This document shows, piece by piece, positions 28,288 through 38,214 of a stretch of DNA of 64,000 nucleotides (the first letter of the stretch is position 1; every line of letters begins with the position of its first letter). The position numbers were made by a program, and so were the translations under genes. A model generated the notes under the pieces. The model was not told the DNA's origin. It ran no database searches and worked only from the letters and a program-made list of their open reading frames with translations. The DNA comes from Candidatus Brocadiia bacterium (GTDB taxonomy: Bacteria; Planctomycetota; Brocadiia; SM23-32). The DNA lies in the NCBI GenBank assembly GCA_046538485.1, contig JBKHIT010000005.1:64001-128000 (forward strand), in the 5' to 3' direction.

Positions 28288-30033
28288 TCAGATTTTTTCT
28301 GCCCCGCTGTCGGCTTGCAGTTTGAGAGCCGGATGAGTTACCCGGGAGAGTTCATCGATAAAATTTGTTTCGTTCAGAGGGGTTTCGCACCACAGGACGC
28401 GGATGCCATTTTCCTCGAAGGTTTTGAGCCTTTGGTGGAGCGATTTTTCCAGGAAACGGACCGGAGGCACAATGACCGCGCGAATATTCAGATCGCGAAT
28501 CTTAAAAAGCCCTTCCTCCACTGAGCCGGACTGGAGAATATCGGTGTCGGCCATGAGAAAATCGAAGTGTTGTTCTACCAGCGAATTTATAATTTGCTCG
28601 TATGTGCGCTTGTCCTCTTCCGTTGGCTGGTGGGGGGATGGTTCGACCACCAGAATCCCGGCGTTGATGTGTGTATCTTCAAACCGGGAGAGGATATTTT
28701 CGAATCGCTCTGCAAGACGGCCGAAATGTTTCCAGTAAGGCATCTGGAAGAAAAAGGATGGTGGGGCGTCGTGTTTTCTCAGCGCGTGGGTGCTGTAGAA
28801 AAAGCCGTGAGGCACGAGGTAGCGCATACCGGCCCAGAGCAGAGACTCTCCGATTATTTTGGCGTCCTGCAGGGTTCCACCCCAGCCGAGGCTATGGTAA
28901 CATTCTGCCAGGGCACCGGGTTTGCCGTAGAAATATGCGGCCGAGGCGAGTGTGCGCGCGTTCTGGCGAGGTCGGGCTTTCAATATGTCCGGTGCCGAAC
29001 CCGCTTTAAAGTGTCCCGGGTCCCCGCCGGGGATGTCCATCCATTGTAGTTGGGACATTCGCGTGGATGGTTTTTCCCCGGCATAAAGAAGATCATTTTG
29101 GGCGCACCATTTTGAAACAGTTTTTTCAAACGATTTACAAAACGTGTCAAAGAGAACATTCTGAAGATCATTTTTGACCTGCAGGTGATCCGGATGCGAA
29201 GGGTCCTGGCTGGCGGGGAAGTTGTCGCGAATATCGTAACCGTATCGTTGCTCAAAAATTGAGGGGATCCGCGTTGACCACCTCGGCACGGTTTCATCCA
29301 CGAAAACTGACTGTATTTCTGATCCGAACAGGTTTGCGTATCGCGAGCCATAGCGTTGGTGTGTAAACTCAAGAAATTTTTTCACGGCTTTCGGATTCAT
29401 TACGTCGGCGAAGTGATCCCAATATTTGTGTCCACGAACTTCAACCTGGATCGTTATAAAAATGCGGTGGGGGCTGGAGGGCAAGGTTGTTTCAAGGACA
29501 GGCGAGGGATCGCTGGCGAAGTAGCGTTTGCGGCTGTAGGCAGTCAGGCCAGTCTCAACGTAAGATTCCCTGGAGAGGACAGTGCCGATGCAGGTCATCA
29601 GATCGAGTTTGTTCCCCCAGTCGACTTGGTCGTTTTCCATCGGGTATGCCTGAGCGGAGAGGACGCGCCCGGGCGGCAATTCCAGGCGTGTTTCCCCGCC
29701 GGCGACATCCCACACATTTTGGTAGAGCTTCGTGGCATGAAATTCTGGTTCGCCCATTACGACTTCGCCTCCGGCGATACCGCTCGGGTAGGGATATTCG
29801 TCGTAGAGATGAACCGTGATGTCGTTCTCATCCGCCGCAGCCAGCGCCGCATCGACCATTTCGAAGAACGCATCCGAGAGGTACGGCTGGCCGAGTCCCT
29901 GTCGCGGATGGATGTAGAATCCACGGATCCTCTGCTTGGCCATTTGAGCGATCTGCCACTTTATTTCTTTCTTTTTCAAGCGGTCGTTCCAGAACCAGAA
30001 AGGGTAAATTCCCGCAGGTAATTCAGTATTCAT
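28288..30033 (-). CDS. Glycoside hydrolase, alpha-L-rhamnosidase (GH106)-like N-terminal part
   Basis: PFWFWN, FYIHPRQGL, LYDEYPYPSGIAGG, FVDE and PHGFFYS...K.DAPPS motifs. Confidence 0.75.
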   Translation of the reverse strand: MNTELPAGIYPFWFWNDRLKKKEIKWQIAQMAKQRIRGFYIHPRQGLGQPYLSDAFFEMVDAALAAADENDITVHLYDEYPYPSGIAGGEVVMGEPEFHATKLYQNVWDVAGGETRLELPPGRVLSAQAYPMENDQVDWGNKLDLMTCIGTVLSRESYVETGLTAYSRKRYFASDPSPVLETTLPSSPHRIFITIQVEVRGHKYWDHFADVMNPKAVKKFLEFTHQRYGSRYANLFGSEIQSVFVDETVPRWSTRIPSIFEQRYGYDIRDNFPASQDPSHPDHLQVKNDLQNVLFDTFCKSFEKTVSKWCAQNDLLYAGEKPSTRMSQLQWMDIPGGDPGHFKAGSAPDILKARPRQNARTLASAAYFYGKPGALAECYHSLGWGGTLQDAKIIGESLLWAGMRYLVPHGFFYSTHALRKHDAPPSFFFQMPYWKHFGRLAERFENILSRFEDTHINAGILVVEPSPHQPTEEDKRTYEQIINSLVEQHFDFLMADTDILQSGSVEEGLFKIRDLNIRAVIVPPVRFLEKSLHQRLKTFEENGIRVLWCETPLNETNFIDELSRVTHPALKLQADSGAEKI

Positions 30034-30134
30034 GAGTTCTCCCGTCTGACTATCAGGTGGATCGAACGTATCAGCACGCACATTTCGGCCGAGGGAAAGC
30101 TGCTATTATAATAGAGGTAATGAAGGGAGAAGAC

Positions 30135-30902
30135 ATGCGGATTATGGTTGACATCGTGGCCGCTCCTCGGGAGAACACGCGACTCGACGACCTGGCGGTT
30201 ATTTTCCCGGCCTACAATGAGGAAGCGCGAATTGCCGAGGCGGTGGAACGTGCCTTGGAAGTCGGAGCGGGCCGCGTTGTATGTGTAAACGACTGCTCGA
30301 CGGACGGGACGGCTTCTGTGCTGGATGCTTATGCCGAATATGCGAATGTAGACGTTGTTCATCACCGGGTTAACCAGGGCAAACAGGCTGCTGTCAAACA
30401 CGGTTTGCAGAAAGCGCTGGAGACGGAAGGGCTCCATCGGTTTGCGACGATGGATGCGGACATGCAGGATGATCCTGCCACGCTGGTCAAGTTGGGTTCC
30501 GTGGTAGGGGAGTATGATATGGCTTGCTCTCTGCGAACTCGGGCAGAGATGCCGGTGGTGAGACGCCTGGCGAATTTTCTCGCTTCGGCGCCTTACCGTT
30601 TTCTGGCTCGCGTCAATATTCACGACGTCCAGGCAGGTTATCGTGTTTACTCTCGCGAAGTGGCAGAATGCCTGGCCGAAAATCTGCCTGGTGAAGGAGG
30701 TTACACGCTGGAGCATACAAGCTATCCGCTTTTCGGCTGGCTCGCTGTAGAGCGGGGACGCGCGTTTCGTATTGCCGAGGTGCCGAATCCCTGTGTGTAT
30801 GCTGGTTCCGAGAGCCACATCAAGATCCGCGATAATATCCAGCTTACACTGGCTTCAATGCGATGCGCATGGCAACTTTCCCGTTGGATTCGGAGCCAAT
30901 AA
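30135..30902 (+). CDS. Glycosyltransferase family 2
   Basis: PAYNEE, VNDCSTDGT, NQGK, MDAD (DXD) and D.QAGYR motifs. Confidence 0.9.
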   Translation: MRIMVDIVAAPRENTRLDDLAVIFPAYNEEARIAEAVERALEVGAGRVVCVNDCSTDGTASVLDAYAEYANVDVVHHRVNQGKQAAVKHGLQKALETEGLHRFATMDADMQDDPATLVKLGSVVGEYDMACSLRTRAEMPVVRRLANFLASAPYRFLARVNIHDVQAGYRVYSREVAECLAENLPGEGGYTLEHTSYPLFGWLAVERGRAFRIAEVPNPCVYAGSESHIKIRDNIQLTLASMRCAWQLSRWIRSQ

Positions 30903-30984
30903 GGCGTGCGGCTCTTGCGCCTTCGCTGAAAGATTGTTATAAGTTGGCGCATGGGTACGGTTCTCAAAGAGGAGAAATAAAAGC

Positions 30985-31752
30985 ATGGCAAGAGCAAGCA
31001 TTTGTATTGAGATGATTTTCAATGAAGTTGACTTCTATGAACGTCCCGCGCGAGCCGCTGAACTTGGTTTTTCAGCTATTGAGTTCTGGGGAGCGGGTGA
31101 TAAGGACCTGTCGAGATTGAAAAATATTTGTGATGAATCCGATGTTGAAGTGGCCGCATTTTTGGGACCTGCAGGCGTAAATTTTGTGGAAAAAGAGAAG
31201 CCGGAAGACGTTATCGACGCCATGAAAGATGCAGTAAAAGCGGCCCGTGAACTGAATACTGACACTCTGATTGTCACGGTGGGCAATGAGCAGCCGGGCA
31301 TATCAAAAGAGCAGCAGATGCGCAACATCATTGAGAACTTGGAACTTTGCGCTCCGATAGCGGAAAAAGCGGGTCTGAAGCTGGCTATCGAGGCTCTGAA
31401 TACGCTTGTGGATCACCAGGGCTATTTTCTCGATCGGACAATTGACGGCGTGACACTTGTGGAAGAAGTGGGCTCGCCTGCCGTCGGTTTACTATACGAT
31501 ATCTATCATATGCAGATTATGGAAGGCAATCTGATCGAGACGATTCGACGGAATGTCTCCGATTTTAATCATGTTCATGTTGCTGACGTTCCCGGGCGCC
31601 ACGAACCCGGTACCGGCGAAATCAATTACAGGAATGTTTTTCAGGCGCTGGACGAGGCAGGCTACACGGGATATTGTGGATTCGAATTCAAGCCTTTGGA
31701 TAACTCCGATGACGCGTTGGCTTGTGCGCGAAAAGTATGCGGTCTGGGTTGA
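30985..31752 (+). CDS. hyi: Hydroxypyruvate isomerase-family TIM-barrel protein
   Basis: IEALN, LYDIYHMQIMEGN and ADVPGRHEPGTGEINY motifs. Confidence 0.85.
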   Translation: MARASICIEMIFNEVDFYERPARAAELGFSAIEFWGAGDKDLSRLKNICDESDVEVAAFLGPAGVNFVEKEKPEDVIDAMKDAVKAARELNTDTLIVTVGNEQPGISKEQQMRNIIENLELCAPIAEKAGLKLAIEALNTLVDHQGYFLDRTIDGVTLVEEVGSPAVGLLYDIYHMQIMEGNLIETIRRNVSDFNHVHVADVPGRHEPGTGEINYRNVFQALDEAGYTGYCGFEFKPLDNSDDALACARKVCGLG

Positions 31753-31783
31753 TTTTTACTGTTTCTTTGGCCCGGTGGACGGA

Positions 31784-32143
31784 ATGTCATCCGAAGAGGA
31801 AGAAAAGCAACAACGATCGCGGATAAGCTGGATTAAAGAATATGTCTTCGGCATGGTGCTGGGACCGTTGCTTGCGACTTATGGAGTGATTGCATTTTTG
31901 GTGGGACAGAGTTTTCTTCCCGCGTTACACGGGAATGGGCATACTGTTGGTGGAAGCAGTGGCAAAGCACTCGCAGCTGGATATTTTCTCGGGGGAATTT
32001 ACTTGTTTCTCAGGCTATATCTGCAGAAACGGCTGCGGGATGAAAGGACGGATTACGCCGTATATGCGCTCGAGAATGTAATTCTGGTGGGTTTTATTAT
32101 GGCTTTGATTTATGTGCTGATGCACGTCGGAACTGTGCAATAA
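31784..32143 (+). CDS. Hypothetical membrane protein (3 TM helices)
   Basis: Three hydrophobic segments; start taken at MSSEEEEK. Confidence 0.6.
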   Translation: MSSEEEEKQQRSRISWIKEYVFGMVLGPLLATYGVIAFLVGQSFLPALHGNGHTVGGSSGKALAAGYFLGGIYLFLRLYLQKRLRDERTDYAVYALENVILVGFIMALIYVLMHVGTVQ

Positions 32144-32149
32144 GTGAAA

Positions 32150-32929
32150 CTATCGGTTTCTCAGAAGACGTTTCAGATAGTCTTCTATACGTTGATTCGG
32201 TGGGGCGTTTTCAGTGACTTCCTGTCGTACCGTTCCTGACCATTCAGAGATAAGGCCCATGTAATTGAACCCTCTTTTGTAAAGGCGGATGCGTCCTTTC
32301 CCGTCGATTATAAAAAAGAAAGGGACTTCTTTTTTGACGGATTCTCCGACGGCGCGCCCCATTTTTTTAAGCGCAGAGAAATCGTCGTAGTATGTAGTCA
32401 GTGCGATATCGTAACGACGAAAGAACCCGGGGGTTTTACGGTAGTTTTTGGTTTTCTCACTGATTGTCAGTCCAGCGGCTCCTGCGCGACGATATTTTCT
32501 GACAAGGTTCTGAATATGTGCGCAGGCCACACGGTTCGCGCTGCTGTCGATGGACCAGAACAGGACAATTGTTACGTGGCCTCTGCGGGCGGGATCGATT
32601 TCTTTTTTTTCCCCCGTGAGGTTTTCCACTTTCAGCTTTGGGGCATTTGGGGCATTCTCCGCCTTAATAAAATGGGGCTGGATAGACGGATCGTCGGGGC
32701 TATTCGGCGCCATAGTATCCCAGGTATTTGTTTTAGTTTTTTCCTGTTGGTCTGTGTCCGTATCGGCTGGGTCGGATACTAAAACCACATCTTGCGGTGA
32801 TCGGCATCCGCCGACGTTCAAGGCAAGAATAATTATCAGGATCAGGCTCCACCATGCGAACTGTCCAAAGGGTTGACCCTTCGTATCAGTTATTTCTACA
32901 CAGTGGGCGAACGGTTTCCCAAATTTCAT
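32150..32929 (-). CDS. Redoxin/TlpA-like thioredoxin-fold lipoprotein lacking CxxC (start uncertain)
   Basis: Lipobox-like VGGC; 'AP.L...NL.GE', 'VLFWS' and 'VPFFFIIDGKGRIR' motifs. Confidence 0.6.
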   Translation of the reverse strand: MKFGKPFAHCVEITDTKGQPFGQFAWWSLILIIILALNVGGCRSPQDVVLVSDPADTDTDQQEKTKTNTWDTMAPNSPDDPSIQPHFIKAENAPNAPKLKVENLTGEKKEIDPARRGHVTIVLFWSIDSSANRVACAHIQNLVRKYRRAGAAGLTISEKTKNYRKTPGFFRRYDIALTTYYDDFSALKKMGRAVGESVKKEVPFFFIIDGKGRIRLYKRGFNYMGLISEWSGTVRQEVTENAPPNQRIEDYLKRLLRNR

Positions 32930-33575
32930 TGGCAATCTCCTCTTTGGAACGCGGCATCTCTCCGGCAGCTCCCGCAATTGTGATCCAGTTTGATTCCTGA
33001 CGGGCCAGGCTCTGATAGACTTCGCGGGTGGACTCCAAGTGTTTCGTGTCGGATTCGTGAATGTCCTGACTGTCTTTCAGATATTCACGTTTACCTTTTG
33101 TTCCGATGAGTTTCGCGGCGATGTTAACCGGCATATCAAGCCAAAAATGCAGATCAGGACGGGGGAGACCAAAGATATTGTATTCCAGTTTCTGATCCCA
33201 CTGGCAGAAAGCATTTCGCTCTGTTTCGTCTTCTATTTTGCTGCCCTGATGAGCGAGGTTGGCGCTGACATATCGATTGCAGACTACCGCATCGCCTCTT
33301 TGAAGCCATTCTGTCAATTGATCCCGACTCTCCCAGCGGTCGCAGGCAAACGGCAGGGAGGCCAGATAGGGGTTGACAGATCCTGCATCGCTGGCAAAAT
33401 CGCCCCTTAGATAGCGGGCACAAAGATTTCCAAAAAATCCTTCCTCGTAATGAGGGAATTCAACATAGCGAGCGGTGTGGCCGACCGAACGAATATTTTC
33501 GCAAAGATGTCGGCTTTGCACAGTTTTACCACTGCCGTCTATTCCGCAGATAACAAGTAGAAGCCCCTTTTTCAT
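32886..33575 (-). CDS. tmk: Thymidylate kinase
   Basis: P-loop GIDGSGKT, CNRY..AN.AHQG and PDL motifs. Confidence 0.9.
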   Translation of the reverse strand: MKKGLLLVICGIDGSGKTVQSRHLCENIRSVGHTARYVEFPHYEEGFFGNLCARYLRGDFASDAGSVNPYLASLPFACDRWESRDQLTEWLQRGDAVVCNRYVSANLAHQGSKIEDETERNAFCQWDQKLEYNIFGLPRPDLHFWLDMPVNIAAKLIGTKGKREYLKDSQDIHESDTKHLESTREVYQSLARQESNWITIAGAAGEMPRSKEEIANEIWETVRPLCRNN

Positions 33576-33616
33576 GGCGGAAGTGATTTCGGCCCTCCTC
33601 GGTAATCTTTGGAGTG

Positions 33617-34900
33617 TTAAATGTCGAAAATCTCAAGGGCATTTTCTCTCAAGAGGCGGCGGGCCAGGCCCACTGCTTCTTCCTCTGTACCTCGGTCCTT
33701 ACCCACGAAATCCTCGGCCAGCACTTTTGCAAGGGAGCGACGGTACATGTTGAATTTAGGTAGTCCAAATTCCAGTTTATACATGTCGCTATAATAACCG
33801 ATTAATTTAGTTTTCGGCACGCTCTGGAGTCTGGCTTTAAGATCCTGTTCGATGTAAGCAGGAATAGTATCGTACCACCAGTGGCCGCTCACAACGACGT
33901 TTTGGACGATCCAGCCGTAGCTGGCCAGTTCTTGAGCCTGGCTATCGCTCAGGACGGATACGCAGAACGTAAGGTCGGAACATTCGTTGAACAGAGGTAA
34001 CAATGAATGAAGCGTATCGCCGGCTCTGGGTAGATCTTTTCCTTTTAGCACGCCGTGACGATATGCGTTACGAACTGCCCCGGCCATTAACTGAAAAGGC
34101 ATGCCTTTTTCTTCACAAAGTTCTGCGAGATCAAAGAGGATGCCACACTGGAGCGTGGCTGTCTCCGAAGCGCTCAGCGGTTTTCCCTGAGCAGCTTTCC
34201 CCACCGCCGTGTCCATGTCGCTTTCTACGACGGGGTACACTTCGAACAGGGGGGGAAGTGAGAGTGCAACACTGGCCGCTCCATTTTTTCTGAAACGGTC
34301 CACTATAGATTCCAGGGCCTGGCGCAGGCTGGCGGAATCCCCGATATCCGTGTCGCTGATTTTACACAGAGACTCTCGCACTTCAGCGTTTCGGAACTCG
34401 AACACCAGAGTGTCCGCCCGTAGCGATGGCACAAACATATCCTGATCGATACGATTCAGATCGTCGTCGAACTGGTTTGTCAGAAAGACTTTTTCAATTG
34501 AGGACGCATCAAGGATCTCTCGTGCCCGTCCAGGCTCTTTGGTGGCATTTTCTACAGATTCCGCGAGTCCCTTCCAGTTGTCATGGGTGAGTTTTTGATC
34601 CTGAAAACCGAACAGCTCGCGACTCAGCTCGATCATCCAGCTGTATTGCACGGTGTTGTCGAGGGGTTCCAGGGCCTGGACAAGTGAGGACAGCATTTTC
34701 TCGTCGGGATTATCTTCAGCGATAACATCCTTTTGCATGCCGGCACTGTGGGCGAGTTCGGTGAAGTAATGGTATCCGAGCAGTTCCCGGAGGGAGGCGG
34801 CATACGGAGCCTCAAAAGGGACGTGTGAGTGCACGTCTATGACCGGGATCGACATAATTTCGTCCAGGAGTCGTTTCTCGAGTTTATTTTCGGAATCCAT
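33617..34900 (-). CDS. Uronate isomerase (UxaC)-like amidohydrolase
   Basis: IDVHSH, LGYHY, FLTNQFDD, GHWWY and YYSDMYKLEF motifs. Confidence 0.75.
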   Translation of the reverse strand: MDSENKLEKRLLDEIMSIPVIDVHSHVPFEAPYAASLRELLGYHYFTELAHSAGMQKDVIAEDNPDEKMLSSLVQALEPLDNTVQYSWMIELSRELFGFQDQKLTHDNWKGLAESVENATKEPGRAREILDASSIEKVFLTNQFDDDLNRIDQDMFVPSLRADTLVFEFRNAEVRESLCKISDTDIGDSASLRQALESIVDRFRKNGAASVALSLPPLFEVYPVVESDMDTAVGKAAQGKPLSASETATLQCGILFDLAELCEEKGMPFQLMAGAVRNAYRHGVLKGKDLPRAGDTLHSLLPLFNECSDLTFCVSVLSDSQAQELASYGWIVQNVVVSGHWWYDTIPAYIEQDLKARLQSVPKTKLIGYYSDMYKLEFGLPKFNMYRRSLAKVLAEDFVGKDRGTEEEAVGLARRLLRENALEIFDI

Positions 34901-35048
34901 TGTATTTCCTCTTTTGCGGTGTCGAGCGTCGCCCGATTTTTACTGTTTTCGAGTAGAAAGTTTGCTATTTTACATCAATCTGATAAGGAAAATAGCATTG
35001 TATGCCGCTGCCCGGCGATTGGTCAAACGTGTGTTCTAGCCTGCATCG

Positions 35049-36422
35049 TCAGTTATTCAAAGATTGCAGAGGTGCCGGGATTCTTCCGCCTCTGTTCACA
35101 AATGTTTCAGCCGAACCGGCTGCGCGGATGGATATCGCAACGCTTTCGCCGAAAAGCCCACCAAAATGAGCAATTTCTCCGGCTTTCTTGCCCGGCACGG
35201 GAATCACCCGTACACTTGTGGTTTTGCGGTTAATGACGCCGATTGCCGCCTCATCGGCCACGAGGGCGGCTATGGTGGATGCCGAAGTATCGCCCGGCAA
35301 CACGACCATGTCCAGGCCTACCGAACAAACGCTGCTCATCGCTTCAAGTTTTTCCAATGATAGATCACCGTTGCGAGCGGCTTCGGCCAGGGATTTGTCT
35401 TCGCTCACCGGGATGAACGCGCCGCTGAGTCCTCCCACGGAAGATGAGGCAAAGAGACCACCTTTTTTGACCGCATCGTTCAGCAGGGCAATGGCGGCGG
35501 TGGAGCCAGGAGATCCAATTTTTTCGATTCCCATCGCGTGGAGTATTTCCCCGACACTGTCCCCAACACGCGGAGTAGGAGCCAGAGAAAGATCGACGAT
35601 CCCAAAATCGGCACCAACCCGATCCGCAACTTCACGCCCAATCAGTTCACCAACACGTGTGACTCGGAACGAGGTCTTTTTGATTTGTTCGGCGACCTCT
35701 CCCAAATTAGGGCGGTTTTGGTCTGAGCAGAGCCGCTCGACGGATCGTTTTACGACCCCGGGTCCGCTGACACCGATATTGACCACGCAATCCGGTTCTC
35801 CATGTCCCAGAACAGCTCCTGCCATGAAAGGATTATCGTCCGGTATATTTGCGAAAATGCTCAGTTTGGCTGCCCCAAAACCATCGCGTTCCGAAGTGGC
35901 CTGAGCCAGTTTTAGAACCTGTTCTGCCGCGAGACGGGCAGCGTCCATATTGATTCCGGCGGCGGTGCTCGCCACATTGACCGATGAACATACCCGGTCG
36001 GTTTGACTGAGTGCAACCGGGATGGCCCGGATCAGCGCTTCTTCCGGAGGTGTCATGCCTTTCTGGACAAGGGCACTGAACCCCCCTACCAGATCGACAC
36101 CAACTTCCTCGGCAGCGCTGTCAAGCGCGTGTGCGATATCGACAAAAGCTGTCTCGCTCCCGCCGGCCGAGATGGCACTGATGGGTGTCACGGCGAGGCG
36201 TTTGTTGACCACGGGGATGCCGTATTTGTTCCCGATTTCTTCGCATATCCGGACCAGTTTGCCCGCTCGGGAACGTATCTTGAAATCAATTTTTCTGCAC
36301 AGTTTTTTGATATCCGGGTCGGCACAGTCAAGCAAATTGATCCCGAGGGTTACTGTGCGCACGTCCAGATTTTCCTCCTGAAACATGCGCAGGGTTGTCA
36401 TGATGTCTTCAGTTCTGAGCAT
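35049..36422 (-). CDS. UPF0210 / DUF711 (PFL-fold) family protein
   Basis: LDVRTVTLGINLLDC, GVSGPGVV, DLSLAPTP, GGLSGAFIPVSED and VCSVGLDM motifs. Confidence 0.92.
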   Translation of the reverse strand: MLRTEDIMTTLRMFQEENLDVRTVTLGINLLDCADPDIKKLCRKIDFKIRSRAGKLVRICEEIGNKYGIPVVNKRLAVTPISAISAGGSETAFVDIAHALDSAAEEVGVDLVGGFSALVQKGMTPPEEALIRAIPVALSQTDRVCSSVNVASTAAGINMDAARLAAEQVLKLAQATSERDGFGAAKLSIFANIPDDNPFMAGAVLGHGEPDCVVNIGVSGPGVVKRSVERLCSDQNRPNLGEVAEQIKKTSFRVTRVGELIGREVADRVGADFGIVDLSLAPTPRVGDSVGEILHAMGIEKIGSPGSTAAIALLNDAVKKGGLFASSSVGGLSGAFIPVSEDKSLAEAARNGDLSLEKLEAMSSVCSVGLDMVVLPGDTSASTIAALVADEAAIGVINRKTTSVRVIPVPGKKAGEIAHFGGLFGESVAISIRAAGSAETFVNRGGRIPAPLQSLNN

Positions 36423-36424
36423 CT

Positions 36425-37009
36425 TTATATCCTGGTGGAGGAAGCCGGTGTAGCCTGACAAAAATCGACGTGGCTTGTGGCCAGGAATACATTTTCGTGC
36501 TGCAGGCTAACTTCGACCTCGTCGCCTGACCACAGATCCTGTACGTCCATTTGTAGCCTTTCAATTTCGCGTCCGGGCGGCACCTCGATTTGTGCAATCA
36601 GGAGAAAATCATCGGTTTTTACCACGGCATAAAGGTCCTCGATGTTGATCCCCCGGCTGGCCATATATGACGTGATTCGATGAATAATACCTTTTTGATC
36701 GGGTCCGGTAATAGTAATGATTAATCTCTGGGCTTCTTCTACCATTGGTCGATCCGCCACAGGCACCTGTTCTTTCACAAGAACTCCGAGCTCACCGGGT
36801 TGTCCCTTGCCACGGATTTCTTCAGCTACGCGCTCGCCCTCAATATCATCTTCGAAACTGGCGGCCACAATGATCGTGAAATATCCTTTTACAACAGTCT
36901 GACTGAGGGCATCAATGTTTCCTTCGAGGTCCAGAATTGCTTCCGAGAGGTCGGAGATGATGCCCACACGATCGACTGACATTACGGTAATGACGAAATT
37001 ACTTGGCAT
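36425..37009 (-). CDS. Tandem ACT-domain protein (GcvR/UPF0237-like)
   Basis: Two ACT units: 'VITVM..DRVGII' and 'IITITGPDQKGII...GINIEDL'. Confidence 0.85.
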   Translation of the reverse strand: MPSNFVITVMSVDRVGIISDLSEAILDLEGNIDALSQTVVKGYFTIIVAASFEDDIEGERVAEEIRGKGQPGELGVLVKEQVPVADRPMVEEAQRLIITITGPDQKGIIHRITSYMASRGINIEDLYAVVKTDDFLLIAQIEVPPGREIERLQMDVQDLWSGDEVEVSLQHENVFLATSHVDFCQATPASSTRI

Positions 37010-37056
37010 GAACATCTCCTCTCGGCTTTGGGCGGGGGAATCAGAGGGCTATCGGT

Positions 37057-38100
37057 TTATTCTCGCGTATCGAGTTCGGGACGGGGCTCCCTCTGCATTA
37101 ACTCCATCCCAGCTTCTCTCGGCTCTTTCCCCTCGAACAACAGGGAATAGACCTGACGTGTTACGGGCATTTCAATGTTATGCTGGTTTGCGAGATCGCA
37201 CGCGGAACGTGTGGTTCGCACGCCTTCAGCCACTTTTTCCATATCTGAAAGTATCTCATCCAGCGTCTCGCCTTGACCGAGTCTGATGCCGACCGACCGG
37301 TTTCGGCCGTGGGGGCTGATGCAGGTGGTGATAAGATCCCCCAGACCCGTCAGACCCGCAAATGTCTCCGGGTGCCCTCCCAGCGCCACGCCGAGGCGTC
37401 TGATTTCCGCCAGCCCGCGCGTCAAAAGAGCACTTTTAGCATTGTCTCCGAAATTCAGTCCATCGCAAACGCCCGCCGCGATGGCGATAACGTTTTTTAA
37501 TGCGGCACCGAGTTCCACGCCGATGAGATCCGTATTGGTGTAGACGCGAAACGTGGCGCACATGAAATTGTCCTGCACCTTTTCGGCGAGTTCTTTCTGC
37601 CGGCTGGTAGCAACGACCGTGGTTGGCATTCGCTGAGCGACTTCTTCTGCATGGCTGGGACCATAGAGCCCGGCCAATTTTATGTTTTCACCGCACACGT
37701 CTTCAATGATCTTGCTGCCCGTCAGTAGAGTCTCTTCTTCAATGCCTTTGGCAACGTTGACCACCAGCTGTTTTTTATGGACCCAGCGGGCCAGCAGTTG
37801 GCAGACGTCTCTCATGTAAATCGTGGGCGTTGCCATGACCACGATATCCGCTTCTGGAACGCAATCGGCCATATCGCCGGTCAATTCTATGGACTCACTG
37901 ATGGCGACATCGGACAGGTAACGGGGATTTTGACGCGTCCGGGACATTTCCTCAACGTATTCTGGTTCCACGCCCCAGATAGTTACCTTATGTCCAATTC
38001 CATCAAGCAAAAGGGCAAGGGCTGTTCCCCAACCACCGCAACCGATGACCGCGACATTCTGGCAGGTTTCATCTGCTGTTTTTTTCGCTTGTTCAGACAT
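37057..38100 (-). CDS. gpsA: NAD(P)H-dependent glycerol-3-phosphate dehydrogenase
   Basis: GCGGWGTALA, AKGIE, GPSHAEEV, GAALKNVIAIAAG and GLGDLITTC motifs. Confidence 0.97.
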   Translation of the reverse strand: MSEQAKKTADETCQNVAVIGCGGWGTALALLLDGIGHKVTIWGVEPEYVEEMSRTRQNPRYLSDVAISESIELTGDMADCVPEADIVVMATPTIYMRDVCQLLARWVHKKQLVVNVAKGIEEETLLTGSKIIEDVCGENIKLAGLYGPSHAEEVAQRMPTTVVATSRQKELAEKVQDNFMCATFRVYTNTDLIGVELGAALKNVIAIAAGVCDGLNFGDNAKSALLTRGLAEIRRLGVALGGHPETFAGLTGLGDLITTCISPHGRNRSVGIRLGQGETLDEILSDMEKVAEGVRTTRSACDLANQHNIEMPVTRQVYSLLFEGKEPREAGMELMQREPRPELDTRE

Positions 38101-38214
38101 AGTTCTCCGGGCGTTGATCGAGAGACAATCTTCCCTTCGGCATTATAGACAATCGCCTGAGAAATACAATGGGGAAGACCATCAATGGAAATCTTCCGAA
38201 TTCAGCCAGTTTTT

